From contig OZ210884.1 in NCBI GenBank assembly GCA_964658305.1, positions 992,001 to 1,056,000 of the forward strand: 64,000 nucleotides of DNA. The letters are read 5' to 3'. The notes under the pieces are model-generated. The model was not told where the DNA came from and ran no database searches. It worked only from the letters and a program-made list of their open reading frames with translations. Source of the DNA: Leptogorgia sarmentosa (lineage: Eukaryota). Within the stretch, counting starts at the first letter, position 1; the number at the start of each line of letters is the position of its first letter. The position numbers and the translations under genes were made by a program. Shown one piece after another: positions 12,301 to 25,700 of the stretch.

Positions 12301-15300
12301 GTCACAGAGCTAAAAATATTTCAGTTCGACTTTAGCATCATAAGCCACAGGATTTGTACACATCGGCGTTAAAATTGACCTTGAAATGGTAGGATACTTC
12401 GTGGATTTTTTACTGCCATTTGATCTGTAATTTATACGAGAAGCGTTTTTCAAAGCATTTACATGGCTTTAGTCTTTGAGGAATTAAAAAGTTAGGTAAG
12501 TCAAGGTTTCTTTATACAATGCACGCTACATTTCCATGTCTTTTATCTTTTTCAAACATTGTTTTCAAATTTTCAAAACATTGAGCTCCGATATTTTGTT
12601 TCAACAGAAATCGAGTGCCTTAAAATAACGCCAATATCTTGGAAACACATGCATAATACGCATTTTACTAAAAATCTAGCCGTTCACACCACTTTTTTTC
12701 TTTTTTATTTGAAAGTACACATAATACTTAGCATGATAACACGACACTCAAGGCTAGGAAAATTTGGCAAAACGGCGATTTTGACACTGCAACTCGACCG
12801 TTCGGCGAAATCAAGAATTTAGAGACTCTAATTTCATTGCCGTGTTTCTCTGCAAGTTGCATGCTGATTTCTTGTTTTTAATGTGGAATAGGTTCCAAGT
12901 GAAGTATGTTAAGTATCTTTCTTCAAAAGATTAGTAATGATGTTGAATTCTCTATGATGAAGGAAGTTGGAATCATTGCAGATTTTCGTTCATATAGAAC
13001 TAGTACTAGATTTGCAAAAAATGAGCCCATCACACCACAAAAATTTCAGCTTAATCTTAAAGCTAAGTAATTTGCCTATTAATAAAACTAATCTTCATGC
13101 AGTGAAAATTTGGTAAATAGGAGTTTAACGAGGGTCAAGTAAAGGACGTTTATCCAACCGTGACTCGAGGGATTTCTTCAGGAAGATGCAATACCTAGCA
13201 GAAGACATTTTCAAACCTTCAGGTACACGGAAGGGACCAATATGCATATTTCCAATGATCCCACTCGCATTCATAATACCCAACACTATGTTGGCGTCTC
13301 ATCCCGTTGAGATGTGATCCCCTTAGGGCATTCCAAATCCCATCCTTTACTCGAGCCATCAGGACTTCTAGCGTCACCCTTGGTTTGTCAGTAAGAGAAC
13401 AAACATTGTATCTGACCTCATTCCTTTGCAAAATATGTGGCTTTCTAGTGACCAAGTTTACCCTTTGTATAAAACCGCTTACATACAACATATTCTCTCC
13501 ATGTCGTGTTAAGACACTTACTAAGATGCAGAATGTGAAGATTGCCTAAACTTTCGTATTTGAAGACTACACTTTACATTCTATCGGAGCAATGCAACAT
13601 ACCATGCTGCTATTTTGAATATTTTTCGAACTGTAATGGCACATTTACTGGGATTTATATTGCACAATGCAACCGCAATACTGCGAGAGGGTAAATTTTA
13701 TTAAACTTTTCGAAGGCGTCGTAAAGCATACGTTAAAAAATGCACAGCGCTTAAATTCCATCAACAACGAGCCTGTTATAACACCGTATTTCATCTGGAA
13801 TACCCAATATTTCTTGTAGATTGTATATGTCGCCTTTAAAAAGCGAAATTCTGCCTCACATTCGCTGTCGTTTAACTTGTCTAAATATGGAATATCGGGA
13901 TTTTTCTATTCGTTTATGTCATAGAGATGAAGAAACTCTTCGCCATTAATATAATTTTGATCGTGACAGAGTAGTAAGCAATCTCTAACCACTCGTAATG
14001 TCGGCATGTTGACAAAATTGTAATATTATAACGTCAAAGACAATTATACGGAAAATCACAAGTCACAACTGTCAAACTGACGACGTCCACGTAACTTGCT
14101 TAACAATCAATTCAAACATCGCGGGATGGACGACGTCATCATCGATTATGACGTTATCAAGACGTCCTCATCCAGTGAAGTCGTGCCTGCGTAAGCTCTC
14201 TCTTGTCGTTACGTCAACGCTTTTCAGCACTATATCATAGACAAGATGCGTACATTTCTGAAACTGCAATACATACGAGTCAGCGTTATTTCACATTTAA
14301 AATTTAAATAAATTTGCGCGCTAAATTGGAATAAAATGCGCGAAACTAAACAATATGGCTTCCATCGAAGAGTATAGCGATAGTGACCGGTTAGTATACT
14401 ACAGTATACTACACAAATCTGCGGCTGGTAGCCATAGTATAGTAAATTGAACAGTAATAGATATAACTTCGGCTGGTAGCCGTACAATATTGTAGTATAC
14501 TACAGTATACTACACCAATCTGCGGCTATTAGCCGTACTGTAGTAGATTGAACAATAATAGATATAATTTCGGCTGGTAGCTATGTGGTAATATAGTAAA
14601 CTATAGTTGACTGTACACGTGTCTTTATGCGTTAAATAGTTTTCATTATTTCAGAGCATCAGTAGATTTATAAGGTCAGTTTCTAAGAATTAGATTTTTG
14701 TGCAAAAATGTATTAGTACGTAATAACAAATCATTAATAAAATTGCCTGTTCAGAGTTCCTTATATAACAATAATTTGCATAAATTGCGCAAAGAGGCGG
14801 CGTGCGGGTGAAATGAGGTAAGTGACGCAGTAAGTGGCTTTCACGAATTACGCAATTGACGCAATACATTATACGTTCGATACGTTCGATTCCCGTCGTT
14901 TTCTCTTTGCTAAAGTCTTTTTCTTTCGTTGATCGAGTCGCTATATAGTAGGCTATTAACATCGGAAAGATGAATCAGGATGTATTGCAATGAAACTGGC
15001 TAAATTTAACGTAATTTTGGCTGTTTTTCGATTCCAAATCATCCGAGCAATCGGCGACATTTTCCCGGCTGCCAGCCGACGTCAAACGTGCTAATCGGGT
15101 GTTTTATTTGGTGTTTTATATTTATACACATGTGGTGCCACAAAATTGTGTTTATATAAAGTTTACAGCACTTGAAATACCACTGACTCGTATGTATTGC
15201 AGAAATGTACGTATCTTGTCTATGATATAGTGCTGACCACGCAAAAGAATTTAACAAACTTAACTTAACAAGCGCGATAGCAATATATCTGCGCTTGCGC

Positions 15301-16715
15301 AGATACAAAAACATGGGGCTATTGATGAATAATTAGGGTAACAATTGGCAGGAATGTTATGGATATATTGGGGTAAAAATTGACAGCTCAATTTTGTGGC
15401 TAAAGAAAATCCACTATCCGCCACGAGCCGAAACCTAGAGTCGCTTGGGCACAGGTACCCCAGCGACTAATTAGCATAGGTAATAGCATGGTTTTGAGAG
15501 CAATTTGGATATATATGAACGTGTGAGATTTTCAAAGACCTATAAATTATTTTCAGGGAAAACTGTATTTTTCGAAAATTAATGCCCTTTTTCTATTGGT
15601 TGGAACGTCTCACGAAGTCTATTTCCTTTCACTTACACTTTTCTGGGTTTTGGCACTAAGGCTAGGTTCTTTGCAAAGGATTTTTCAATTAAACTATTTA
15701 GGTTCCATGTCTACAACTTCAAACCATATGGGTTTCCTTGTAAATGGTAAACGGTTTAGCTAAGAGTCAAAACTGTGAATTATCAAGTAAACTTACTGTT
15801 TTCAGCAGCATATTTTCCTTCTATTACAAGACACCGGTTTACAGGGTCTCCAAATCGCGATTGGTACTCAACTACCTCTTCAAAAGTATGCTTATCTTTC
15901 CTCAATAATACATATTTGTAACCACACTGTTTGTTGGCCAACCGCAGTGGAACACTGAACTCACCGCGAACCACCAAATATTTCTCCATATATCTAAAAG
16001 AATACAATATTATTTACGACCATATATCATTTAATTTTTCAGCATTCCATTTGACTAAAAAATACTGCCTGAAAGCAAATCATTCACTGTAAAAAAATAT
16101 CATAAGTTCTTAGAATGAGAAACAAAAATTTGATAGGCCAAGCTGCTATATTACTACGTAAGTAGTCACAGCAATCCGCGATTCATATCAGCTCATTTAA
16201 AAACGTCATTCATAAAATCGCAAACCTTAGACTAGCTTGAAAAGCGCAAGGGACGAAGGGTGTTGCCTATTCATATCCCTAGAGTGGACAAACTACCTTA
16301 GCAAACAAACACTCTTATAGATTGTCAGGCATTCTGACATTATTACAATTTAAAATTCCTGAGTTTTAGGCTCCTTGCGCGCTTTATCCCCTTTTGCACG
16401 CAATTTTTGGTGGGATTTCCAGTGCGACTTTGCCCTTAATTTTGATAGAACTGAAACGAGTAGATTAATGAGAAATGATTGAATGCTTGTTCCCGTACCT
16501 GGACATTCGTAACTCATTCACAGTACAATTAACAATTAGACAGCGAGGCCGAGTTGTCTATTCGCTCATAGACAACTCGGCCTCGTTGTCCAATTGTGTC
16601 ACATGTGAAACACTGTGTAGCGATTAATTTTAAGATTAAATAAAATATTATTATATTATATATATACATATAGTTATATCTGTTATATCGCTCTGCTTAT
16701 GCATTGAGCACTCTA

Positions 16716-16793
<78 letters not shown>

Positions 16794-19700
16794 GTTTTGA
16801 CAACAGAAGAAATGTAACCACTTGTTTCTTAAATATGAAACATTCTATTAGATACACACAAACGTTTTCGCTTACAAAAGCTCTTCAGGTGTGATGTTAC
16901 ATTTCTTCTGTTGTCAAAACACTTTTTTTATATATATGATACTTGTGTTCAACTACAAATCCAATTTATCTATATATATAGAGCTACAACAACACAACAA
17001 AACGATGCAGTCTTTGTACACATGAGAAATTCATCATAATTTACCACCCTGAACTTTGTTCTTTAAATTCAAGAAGCGAGCTTTTATCGAAATGCAGGCA
17101 TAGAAACAAATTTCTCTTAAGTAATATACATTACTTAATATAATCTGTATATATAATCAAAATGTAATCTAATACTTGAGCATTCCGTTTACGTCAAACA
17201 TGTATATAGTATATATAACCTTGGCAACAACATAGCGCGACATTTAAATTCACCTGATGAGTATGGCAAGCATTGCTTGTCATACGAAACAAATTTGTAG
17301 TGAATAAAATCTTATGAAGTAAACCAAGTTTATTTTATCTTATCTTTTATTAGCTCTATACTACGGTATATCGAGCACTCTACTCATATATGATTCTACA
17401 TACATATTTGGTATATATATATATATTTAACAATTATACCATGAGCTCGAGTCGTATATGAGCTGATAGAGAGCGAATGGTATAATTGTTTTATTATATA
17501 GACAAAAGGCGAACATTATAAAATTTATTTGAATCATTCATTTGAGGGAAACGCTCAGCCATTTTCAGCCATTTTGTTTTAAGCTCACTTGAATGAGATA
17601 ATTAATTCGTCCTACTCACTATATATGAAGTAATAGCTAGTGAGTAGCTCAGCCAATCAGATTACAGAATATCTCATATATAGTGCTTGTCTATATAATG
17701 ATATATGTTGACATATATCATTATATGTTGCTTGGGGTAGTCGCAGGTTGAAATCTGAGTTGGTGCTGGTATCCACTCTTTGACAAGGCTTCTTGGTATA
17801 ATGGTGTAGATCGTTGAAACGAGTCTACGTCGGATAAAATTTCAGAGAGGCGTCTATTGATAGCTATAGCGGTATGTTTTCTAGTAATTTGGGTGGGTGG
17901 TTTGACTTGTTGTGGACACTTGTTGGGTTTAGTGAATGGTTGGTATTTTGCAGTAGATAAATTTAGGGTGACGTCTAAAAAGTCAACAATTTTTTATTCG
18001 CTTCAATGGTAATTTTCAAACCATAACAATGATTATTTCCAAACCATAACAATGATTAATGATTTTAGTAACATTCAGAAACAAAACTGCACAGAATTAA
18101 GCAAGCACATTTGGAATCTAAAGCAAAAGAATATTGAGTACTCTATTAAATGGAAAATTCTTAAACGAGCCAAGTCCAGCAATGTATCTAATAAGAGATG
18201 TAACTTATGCCTGTGGAAAAAATATTTTATTATTTGCAAACCCAACTTAACCGAAGAAATGAACTAGTTTCCACTTGCAGACACGCGAACAAATTCCTAC
18301 CAAAAAATTTCAAATTTAAGTCTTGATTTTTCGGATGATGTAGTTATATTATATAGTATTTCCCACTTGAGGTGTTAATTGATTTGTAAGTAGATATAAT
18401 CATGTTACCGTTTTTACATAATTTAAAAGTTCGTTAATCCAAAGGTCACATAACATAGGCTATTTGTCTGCTACAGAGTGCTACACTAAGTGTAGTACGA
18501 AACTATATAGTAACTAGGAGTTACTATCGCAAGGAAAGTGCTGCCGTTGCGCTCAAACTTTAAAATCCCGGCTGGGTCATAGAATACCCGTCCACTTTTG
18601 AAACAGTGACTTGTTATCATGATACGATGATACGAAGTCAAAATAATCACGCAATGTAATGTAACCGAGTTTTTAAAAAGCCTGGGCAAGATACATTTTT
18701 TCGTAATTAATACGATGGCACGAAGTGAAGTGTGATTGCTGCCGCAGCGAGCGAGCCTGAAGCGAGCGAGCAAGGCAGCAGATCTTAATTTTGTCATGTG
18801 GATCAAAATTTTCTATTGGCGCATTGCATGACGGTACCAGTAAATCTAGGGTGTTCGACCCGCATTTGCAGGACTTCTCTCAACTGTAAATTCTTACCGT
18901 TTCGTACAGTTATACAGCATACGAATGGCCGCATGGGTATTTTCTATAATACATTCCAATCTGATCACAGGTTTTAACACAAAGTTACCGTTGTTATTTA
19001 AGAGGACAGTTCGTCAATATTATTGCTATTCGTGTCGTGTGTGTGTTTGCGCGTGTGTGGAAAACACTAGGGCAAAGCAAGTTCTTGCGGGCGCCATAAA
19101 TACCAAATTACCCAACCACAACGCATAAAACATTAGCGCAATCTTGCATCCGTATGAAACGCTTTTGTAAAAATCTTTCGATTCTTGAAGCACAACAAAC
19201 GTCCCTGAAGCTTAATTATTCTGACCGCTCTGGTCTTTTAACAAACGTCCCTGAAGCTCCAGTGTCAGTCGCAGTTATCTCGGCTTTGTAAACAATGCTT
19301 TTTGTCAAGCATTTTCCGTTGAGAGGGCATGCATTCATCTTTTTCTACGGCAATTACAGTATTTCTCAGTGGATAGATCGTTCCTTTTCTCTAATAGGTG
19401 CCGATTATGGTTGGAAATAACGGTTTTGACATTGGGCATTTTTATTTCTCGATGGGTACTTTATAATTCTCGAGAGGTAATTTTCAATTCTCAGTGAGTA
19501 ACTCGTATATACTAATCTGAAACTCGTATCGCTTTTGACATGTTTGGCTTGCCATATCACGAGTATTATTATATTTACATGTTATATTTAAGCAAGGGCG
19601 TCAATCCGTCCCAAAAAGTGGGGGGGGGGACAATAAGCGTACGGACTACATTTTTTCAGGGGGGGGCAGAAATATCTTTGCCCGAATTTGAGGGTAGGGA

Positions 19701-22700
19701 ATGTCACGAGGCGCCACCATGGTTGGCGCGGAGCGAGAAATTTTTGAACTTTAAAACCTCTGGATTGCCGGAAACGGCGATTTCAGAGTCCTAATTCCAC
19801 TTTCTTGGTACGCTTGTTCAGGTGAACGACTGAAGGATTGTTGACATTACCTTGTTCCTCAGATTTTTGTCCGAATTATGCTCAAAATCAGTGCCCGAAT
19901 TTTCCGATTTGAATTTTTTTTTTTGGGGGGGGGATGTTGCCCCCATTGTCCCCCCGCCTCGTACACCTAGGGGGGGGGGACAAAAATTGGTCGGTTGTAA
20001 ATCGGCCTGGGGGCATGCTCCCCCGAAAAATTTTGAAATTTGAAACCTCATTCATGCACAAATGCCATTTTCAGCGTTCTGGGGACGAGTTTTACTAAAA
20101 TAATTCCGCCGAATTTCTTGCCTAAATTAAGAGAATTTTTTGTCGATGTCGGATGTGTATTATTTGAATACGTATTATTTTTAATAAAACCATAAAGATT
20201 TGAATCGCAAATGAAATGATTTCTTTAACAATTATATCAATTGTACATACAATGATCAATAAAAACAAAAGCAAGTTTGAACTTGTGTACGTGGTTGAGG
20301 TCCGTTTATTGCCTTTCCAATTAGGATTTCATTCGCAGAACTATTCGAAGGCTCCGAATAGTTTTCTTCTGATCTCAGATTGTTGATTGTACTTCACAAT
20401 TCACAATGTATAGCATACAGGCATGGGGTTTTAAGATTACCAAAAAACAATTTTTTTTAAACATGATGAAAAGTGGGGGGGGGGGGGGGGGGATAATTAC
20501 ATATTCGTCCCCCCCACTTCAAAAAGTCGAGTCCCCCCATCCCCCCCCAGGATGACGCCCTTGTATTTAAGATTCGCGCTGTTGGTCTTGTATACGTTGA
20601 GATCGTCTGATTGGCTGTTTGGAGGTTGAACTGATATTATTGGTGGTTGAAGGATGCGTTGTCATGGTTGATTGAACATTGTTATTGAGTGTGGTGTTAT
20701 TGGAGTGACTAAATTGTTGTGTTGTGGATTCGGACATCAGGAAATTTATATTATTAGTATTAATATCGACTATTAGTTTCTTTTAAAAACATTTCAAAAG
20801 TCTTATGCGGATATTTTAGCAACATCAAATTTAAGTTTAATAACATTAGTGTGATATATATTTTTCATATTCAAAAATTGTCTATAAAAATCAGGTTGAA
20901 AACTGATATTTTTGGCATTATTTCTTCGTTTTTAAAAATGAATTGTACATTTCATGTTGCTATTATACCAATGTCAATGTACTTCATGTTGGTAGAATAT
21001 AGGTTGGACTGAGTTGAATGTTGTCTTGGACGTTTGGTAGGTTGTTAGTAAGGCGAGCCAGAGGTTGCTACATGTATGTATATCTAGTATTACCTTATTC
21101 GTACTAAAAATTTCGCGTGATCATGACTTTAATTTAATTGGAAAAAATCGCGAAATCCGTATGCGAAATTTACACACGCGAAATTAAATACCCTAGCCAA
21201 AACTTTAAAATTATTACATAACAAATGTCTTAATAAATACGATCAATCAATAAATACGATCATGTTAAAGAAGTATGGAATAGCGAATGTTGTCATTGGT
21301 ACAAAAGAACTTGCCCCAGAAAATATTATGGACCGCTTCAAAGTACCATATACATTTTGTTGTGGTTTCGACTTGCTCAAAAACTTGTAGTTAAAATTTT
21401 TAAGTTAAATTTTGAAAAACTATGATAAACTATTTTCAGGAAAAACTGTACCTCGCGAAAAATAATGCCCTTTTTCTATTTCCGATCATCAAAATCGCGA
21501 AAATAAAGTCTCGCGAAATATGGTGTTGAAAAAATCGTGAAATTAAGTATGGTAAGAATAAGGTACGTAATCGAATGCTTATTTCGGCAAGCGTTCTTTA
21601 AGGTTAGTTGGGAGACACAAAACATTATCTACACAACATATATTTTGAAATTGACGACTTAGTTTAAAAAAAGCAAGAAATTATATAGTAACACGGCACT
21701 ACGTAATACTTACGTTCCCGTCTTGATGGGGACACCACCATTATTCCAACCATAGAATACAGGATCCTCTCCACGGATTACAATCTCTGTCCCATCTTCC
21801 TTTTTGAACTTATCAGATAACATTGCGTGGAAAACGACTGTAAGAGATGCCTCACTACCATTTCCTGTAGACGTTCTAAAATTGTGGAACAAATAAGAGC
21901 AAAATATGTGTACATCTTGTCTGGGCTGAAACAACATACACAGAGGGCAGAGGCTGGAGTAATAATAACTTGTTGTCCCTCAAAACATCATCTAGACCCA
22001 GTCCTTTGCTCGATCGGGAAATGGCTAATTCAATCATTTGTTACATCTACATTTAGATTATACAAGTACTTAAAAGCACGGCACACACGTTTATTCACAT
22101 TTACACGTGGATTGTAAATGTGACATATTCACATTCAACTTACTTATTATCTTTTCCTTTTGCTTTGTTTTTTTTGCTCTTACTTTGCTGTTCCTTAGGG
22201 TCAGGTAATTGACGTTTCTGGTAATAGTAGCCTTTTACCTGTAGATAAAACAAAATAAATTGGACATCACAACACCATTGCCATCCGAACGAAAACACAA
22301 ACAGTTATCGGAATTAGCGGCGGCAAACGGCAATTGCCGCCCGCAGTTCCTCTGTGTGCAACGTTGGTAGCGGTAATCTTTTGCCGCCATCAAACCGCAT
22401 CTCTGTTCTTCGCCTCTAATAATATATTTCCCAGTTGAAGTTTATAACACTAATTAGACCGACAATAAAATAATAGTCTGAAATATGTCAAAATCTGATA
22501 CTGACAATAAGTTTCTAGCTGTTCAGTTACATCTGATATTAGTTCGTTGTAATTTGGATATATTTTTTTGTTCTTTAATCTTCAGAATTACATATTAATT
22601 AGTCCGAAAAAAATTTTGCCGTGGCGAAAACAAAAATCCCCGCCAGGGGCCGGTTGTTCGTAGCCCGTTTAGCCTAAACGGTGGATAAGTCCGAAATATC

Positions 22701-25700
22701 AAACACGTCTATGTATTCCTTGAACAATCATAATAAAAATTTTCAATCCGAAAGGAACGCTTGTACAAATAACTACATATTTAGGATTTAAAATTCATGT
22801 CAGTTATTCACAAGACGAATGGGAGTGTAATTTAAACTTCACTTATTCACCGTTTAAGCTAAACAGGCTACGAACAACCGGCCCCAGGTTTGAACACAAC
22901 GGGGGCAATTTCCGGCTGCCAGTAATTTTGGATAATTCCGATGGCAAACAAATCTTATCAAAGACAAACATTCTAGCCGATTAAGTAAAATACACTTCTG
23001 TACAAAATCATAAAAGAACACAAAATCTTCACTGTGAACAGCAACTTATCAACCGGACCAGACATGCGGAAAATTCAAAAACAACTGTGGGACTACAAAA
23101 TTCTATGTTGCATGAGATGGTTCAAATCTGATCCAAAGACTGTTGTACAAAAGCGAGTGAAACTTATGGTGGATCATGCAGTTGTGTTATCCAAGCCAGG
23201 CACAGGTATGAGTCACGTTTTTGGAGCTGTATAACTATTTTTAAATTTTATGAACTAGGGTTAGCTTTAGCATTATGGTAGGATTAGAGTTAGGATTCAA
23301 TTAAGATTGGAATTAGGGTTAAGATCAGGGTCAGAGTTGGGATTAGTGTCAGGATTAGGCTTAGAGTAAGGATTTTAGTAAGGAATATAATACCGGCAAA
23401 GTCTTAAAAACAGAAACAACCTCTAAACGTAAAAGGTATAATCACAAGAACAGAAAAGTTCATAAATTTACTAGATATTCTTTGCGCAAGTGAAGGGAAG
23501 TGTTTGTTACGTGCTTCTCATGGGACGCGCCCCACCCCAACAAAGAAAAATGTTTGCGGTTAATAGAGAAAACCAGTGGTTTTGTACAATTAAAAATCGT
23601 TAAAACCCGAAACGTTCCGGCGTTGTTTTCCTCGGAGAGACCCGGGGCACCAAAGGGTGCTTTAGAGATTACCAATTCATTGATTAGGATCAATGTATTG
23701 GATTATTCTCACAACATACGGCTCCATGTCTAATATTCGATTCAGTGAATGTTAGAAATGTTACACAGACATCCGTTACCGTCGGATACTAGCATCTGCA
23801 CCGGGACATCGTTATTATTCATGCATAAACAGTATGGCTTATTACTTGATTTGCTGGAACAGAAGAACCCTCTAGATCTGCAGGAATAGAATCATTTGCA
23901 TTCGACAGCGGCTGCTTTCCTCCTTGCAAACTCCGTTCCAGAATAGTAACTTTGCTCTCTGAAACGCTATTTTGCTATTAAGAATACAAAAGAATGACAA
24001 TCAATCAATTTGATGAATTAATTAAATGTGGCTCGCTACAGTTTACACAAATGTTGAAGATACATAAACTGGATCAACCTTATGAAGAGATGATGCTCTT
24101 TACAAATCGAAATGTGTATGCCATATATATAAAGCGACAATCAAACAGTTGAAAACTGGTTACAAAAAATGACGTCACCACTGTTGTGATGGCAACAATA
24201 ATGATTAATGACGTTAATGGCGCCGATCGGTTTTGGCTTTTAACCATTTATTCCGGAAACATCTTTATAGTGCAATGCACCATCTGACCAATTTTAGAAA
24301 AAATCTGCAATGGAAAAATACTTCGAAAAACCATGTTTACAATTGGTGAAAAACCATTTTATAAAAACATTTTTATAGTACAAAGCACCATCCGACCAAT
24401 TATTCTGTAATGGAAAAAAATATTTCGAAGAACCATGTTTATATTTTTTTTAAGAATTGGAATTATAGATGTTTTATGAATTGAAAATTGGGGTAACCGG
24501 CCATTTTTTAAAGTAAAATGCCCATTTTTGACTTCACTTTGGTGATCAACTGTTTGATTGTTGCTGCACATAACAGTATACAAATTTCAAATTTTCGCAA
24601 AGTACAGTGGATTACAATCGCGATCAGTGAATACACTAGCTTGACCACCTACGTTTCATTAATAATTTTACAGTACATTGTAACCGGGAATGGTACCACT
24701 TTCATCTTATATTCGATCAATGATTATACGACTTAAGGCAGGATCGTAGGAACGTTTTCGAAATTGGAGGAGCAAACCTCACCAGGCGCCGATCTAGATC
24801 GCCGGAAATAACCATTTCGGAGTCCAAACTCGACCTTTTTCGTTGGTGTACAAGGATTTTTTTGGGGGGTGGCCCCGTGCACCCCCCCCCCCCTTCGGTT
24901 GTTCCGAAGTTCCAGTTTACCAATGCAGTCAACGGGTAGACTAAATTCATATTTAAATTGTACAATAGATCTACACAGTAATTTTTACACATTGAATGCC
25001 AATGTAAAAGAATCTCAAAGTTGATGTTATACGCACTTGAAGGGATTCGAGCATAGTACAGTTGACTAGATGATTTAAACGTGAGCGAAACAGAAGCATC
25101 GCTCTATTATATAGAGGTAATACATGCAGTATTACAATGCAACCCCCATTCTATCTATACTCGAATATTCAGTTCATCGAAAAACATACCTGACTACCAC
25201 CTGAATGTTGTGGTTCTGTTGTGCCTTTCGCTTGGGTAGTTGATCTGGTGGTTATTCTCGATTCAACATCCTTCTCGCCCTCTTCACTCTGGCCATTTTT
25301 ATTCTTTTCCTCCTTCTCACCCATCTTCTTTTCACCATCTTTGTTTTCGTTTTGGCCACCATTCTTCGTACCCTGCTTCTTGTCCGCATTTTCCTCTTCT
25401 GCTTTTTCGCCAACCTTGTTGTCGCCACCTCTCTCGCCAACCTGCTTCTCTTTCTGTGTTTTCACGCCGTTCTCCTCACCCGCCTTCATTCGCTCCATCT
25501 TTTCCTCCCCCCTTGATGTTTGTACACAGTCTTGTGTATGTTGTTTATGCCCAACGATTCTAGCTTCGACGAATTCATCGAATTCGTCTACAGCTTTATT
25601 TGACTCTTTTATTGGAGGTGACTTACTCGGAGAATTCTTCGCACCTGCAAGACAAAGTCTGGAATCAATTTATAAATTTCTACACACTATTTTCCTGAAT

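Noticed and set aside
13130..13520. Possible transposase remnant (RSDTMFVLLL-like motif on the minus strand)
   Set aside because: Too decayed to assign by eye; needs a translated profile search.
14394..14600. Regularly spaced cggctggtagc repeats resembling a CRISPR array
   Set aside because: The spacers are themselves duplicated, there are no cas genes and the context is eukaryotic. It is a minisatellite.
23258..23378. Telomere-like (TTAGGG-related) hexamer runs, also at ~54780-54860, ~55760-55795, ~56020-56065 and ~63145-63200
   Set aside because: Highly degenerate, and at least one copy lies inside a defined TIR element. These look like low-complexity parts of repeats, not interstitial telomeres.
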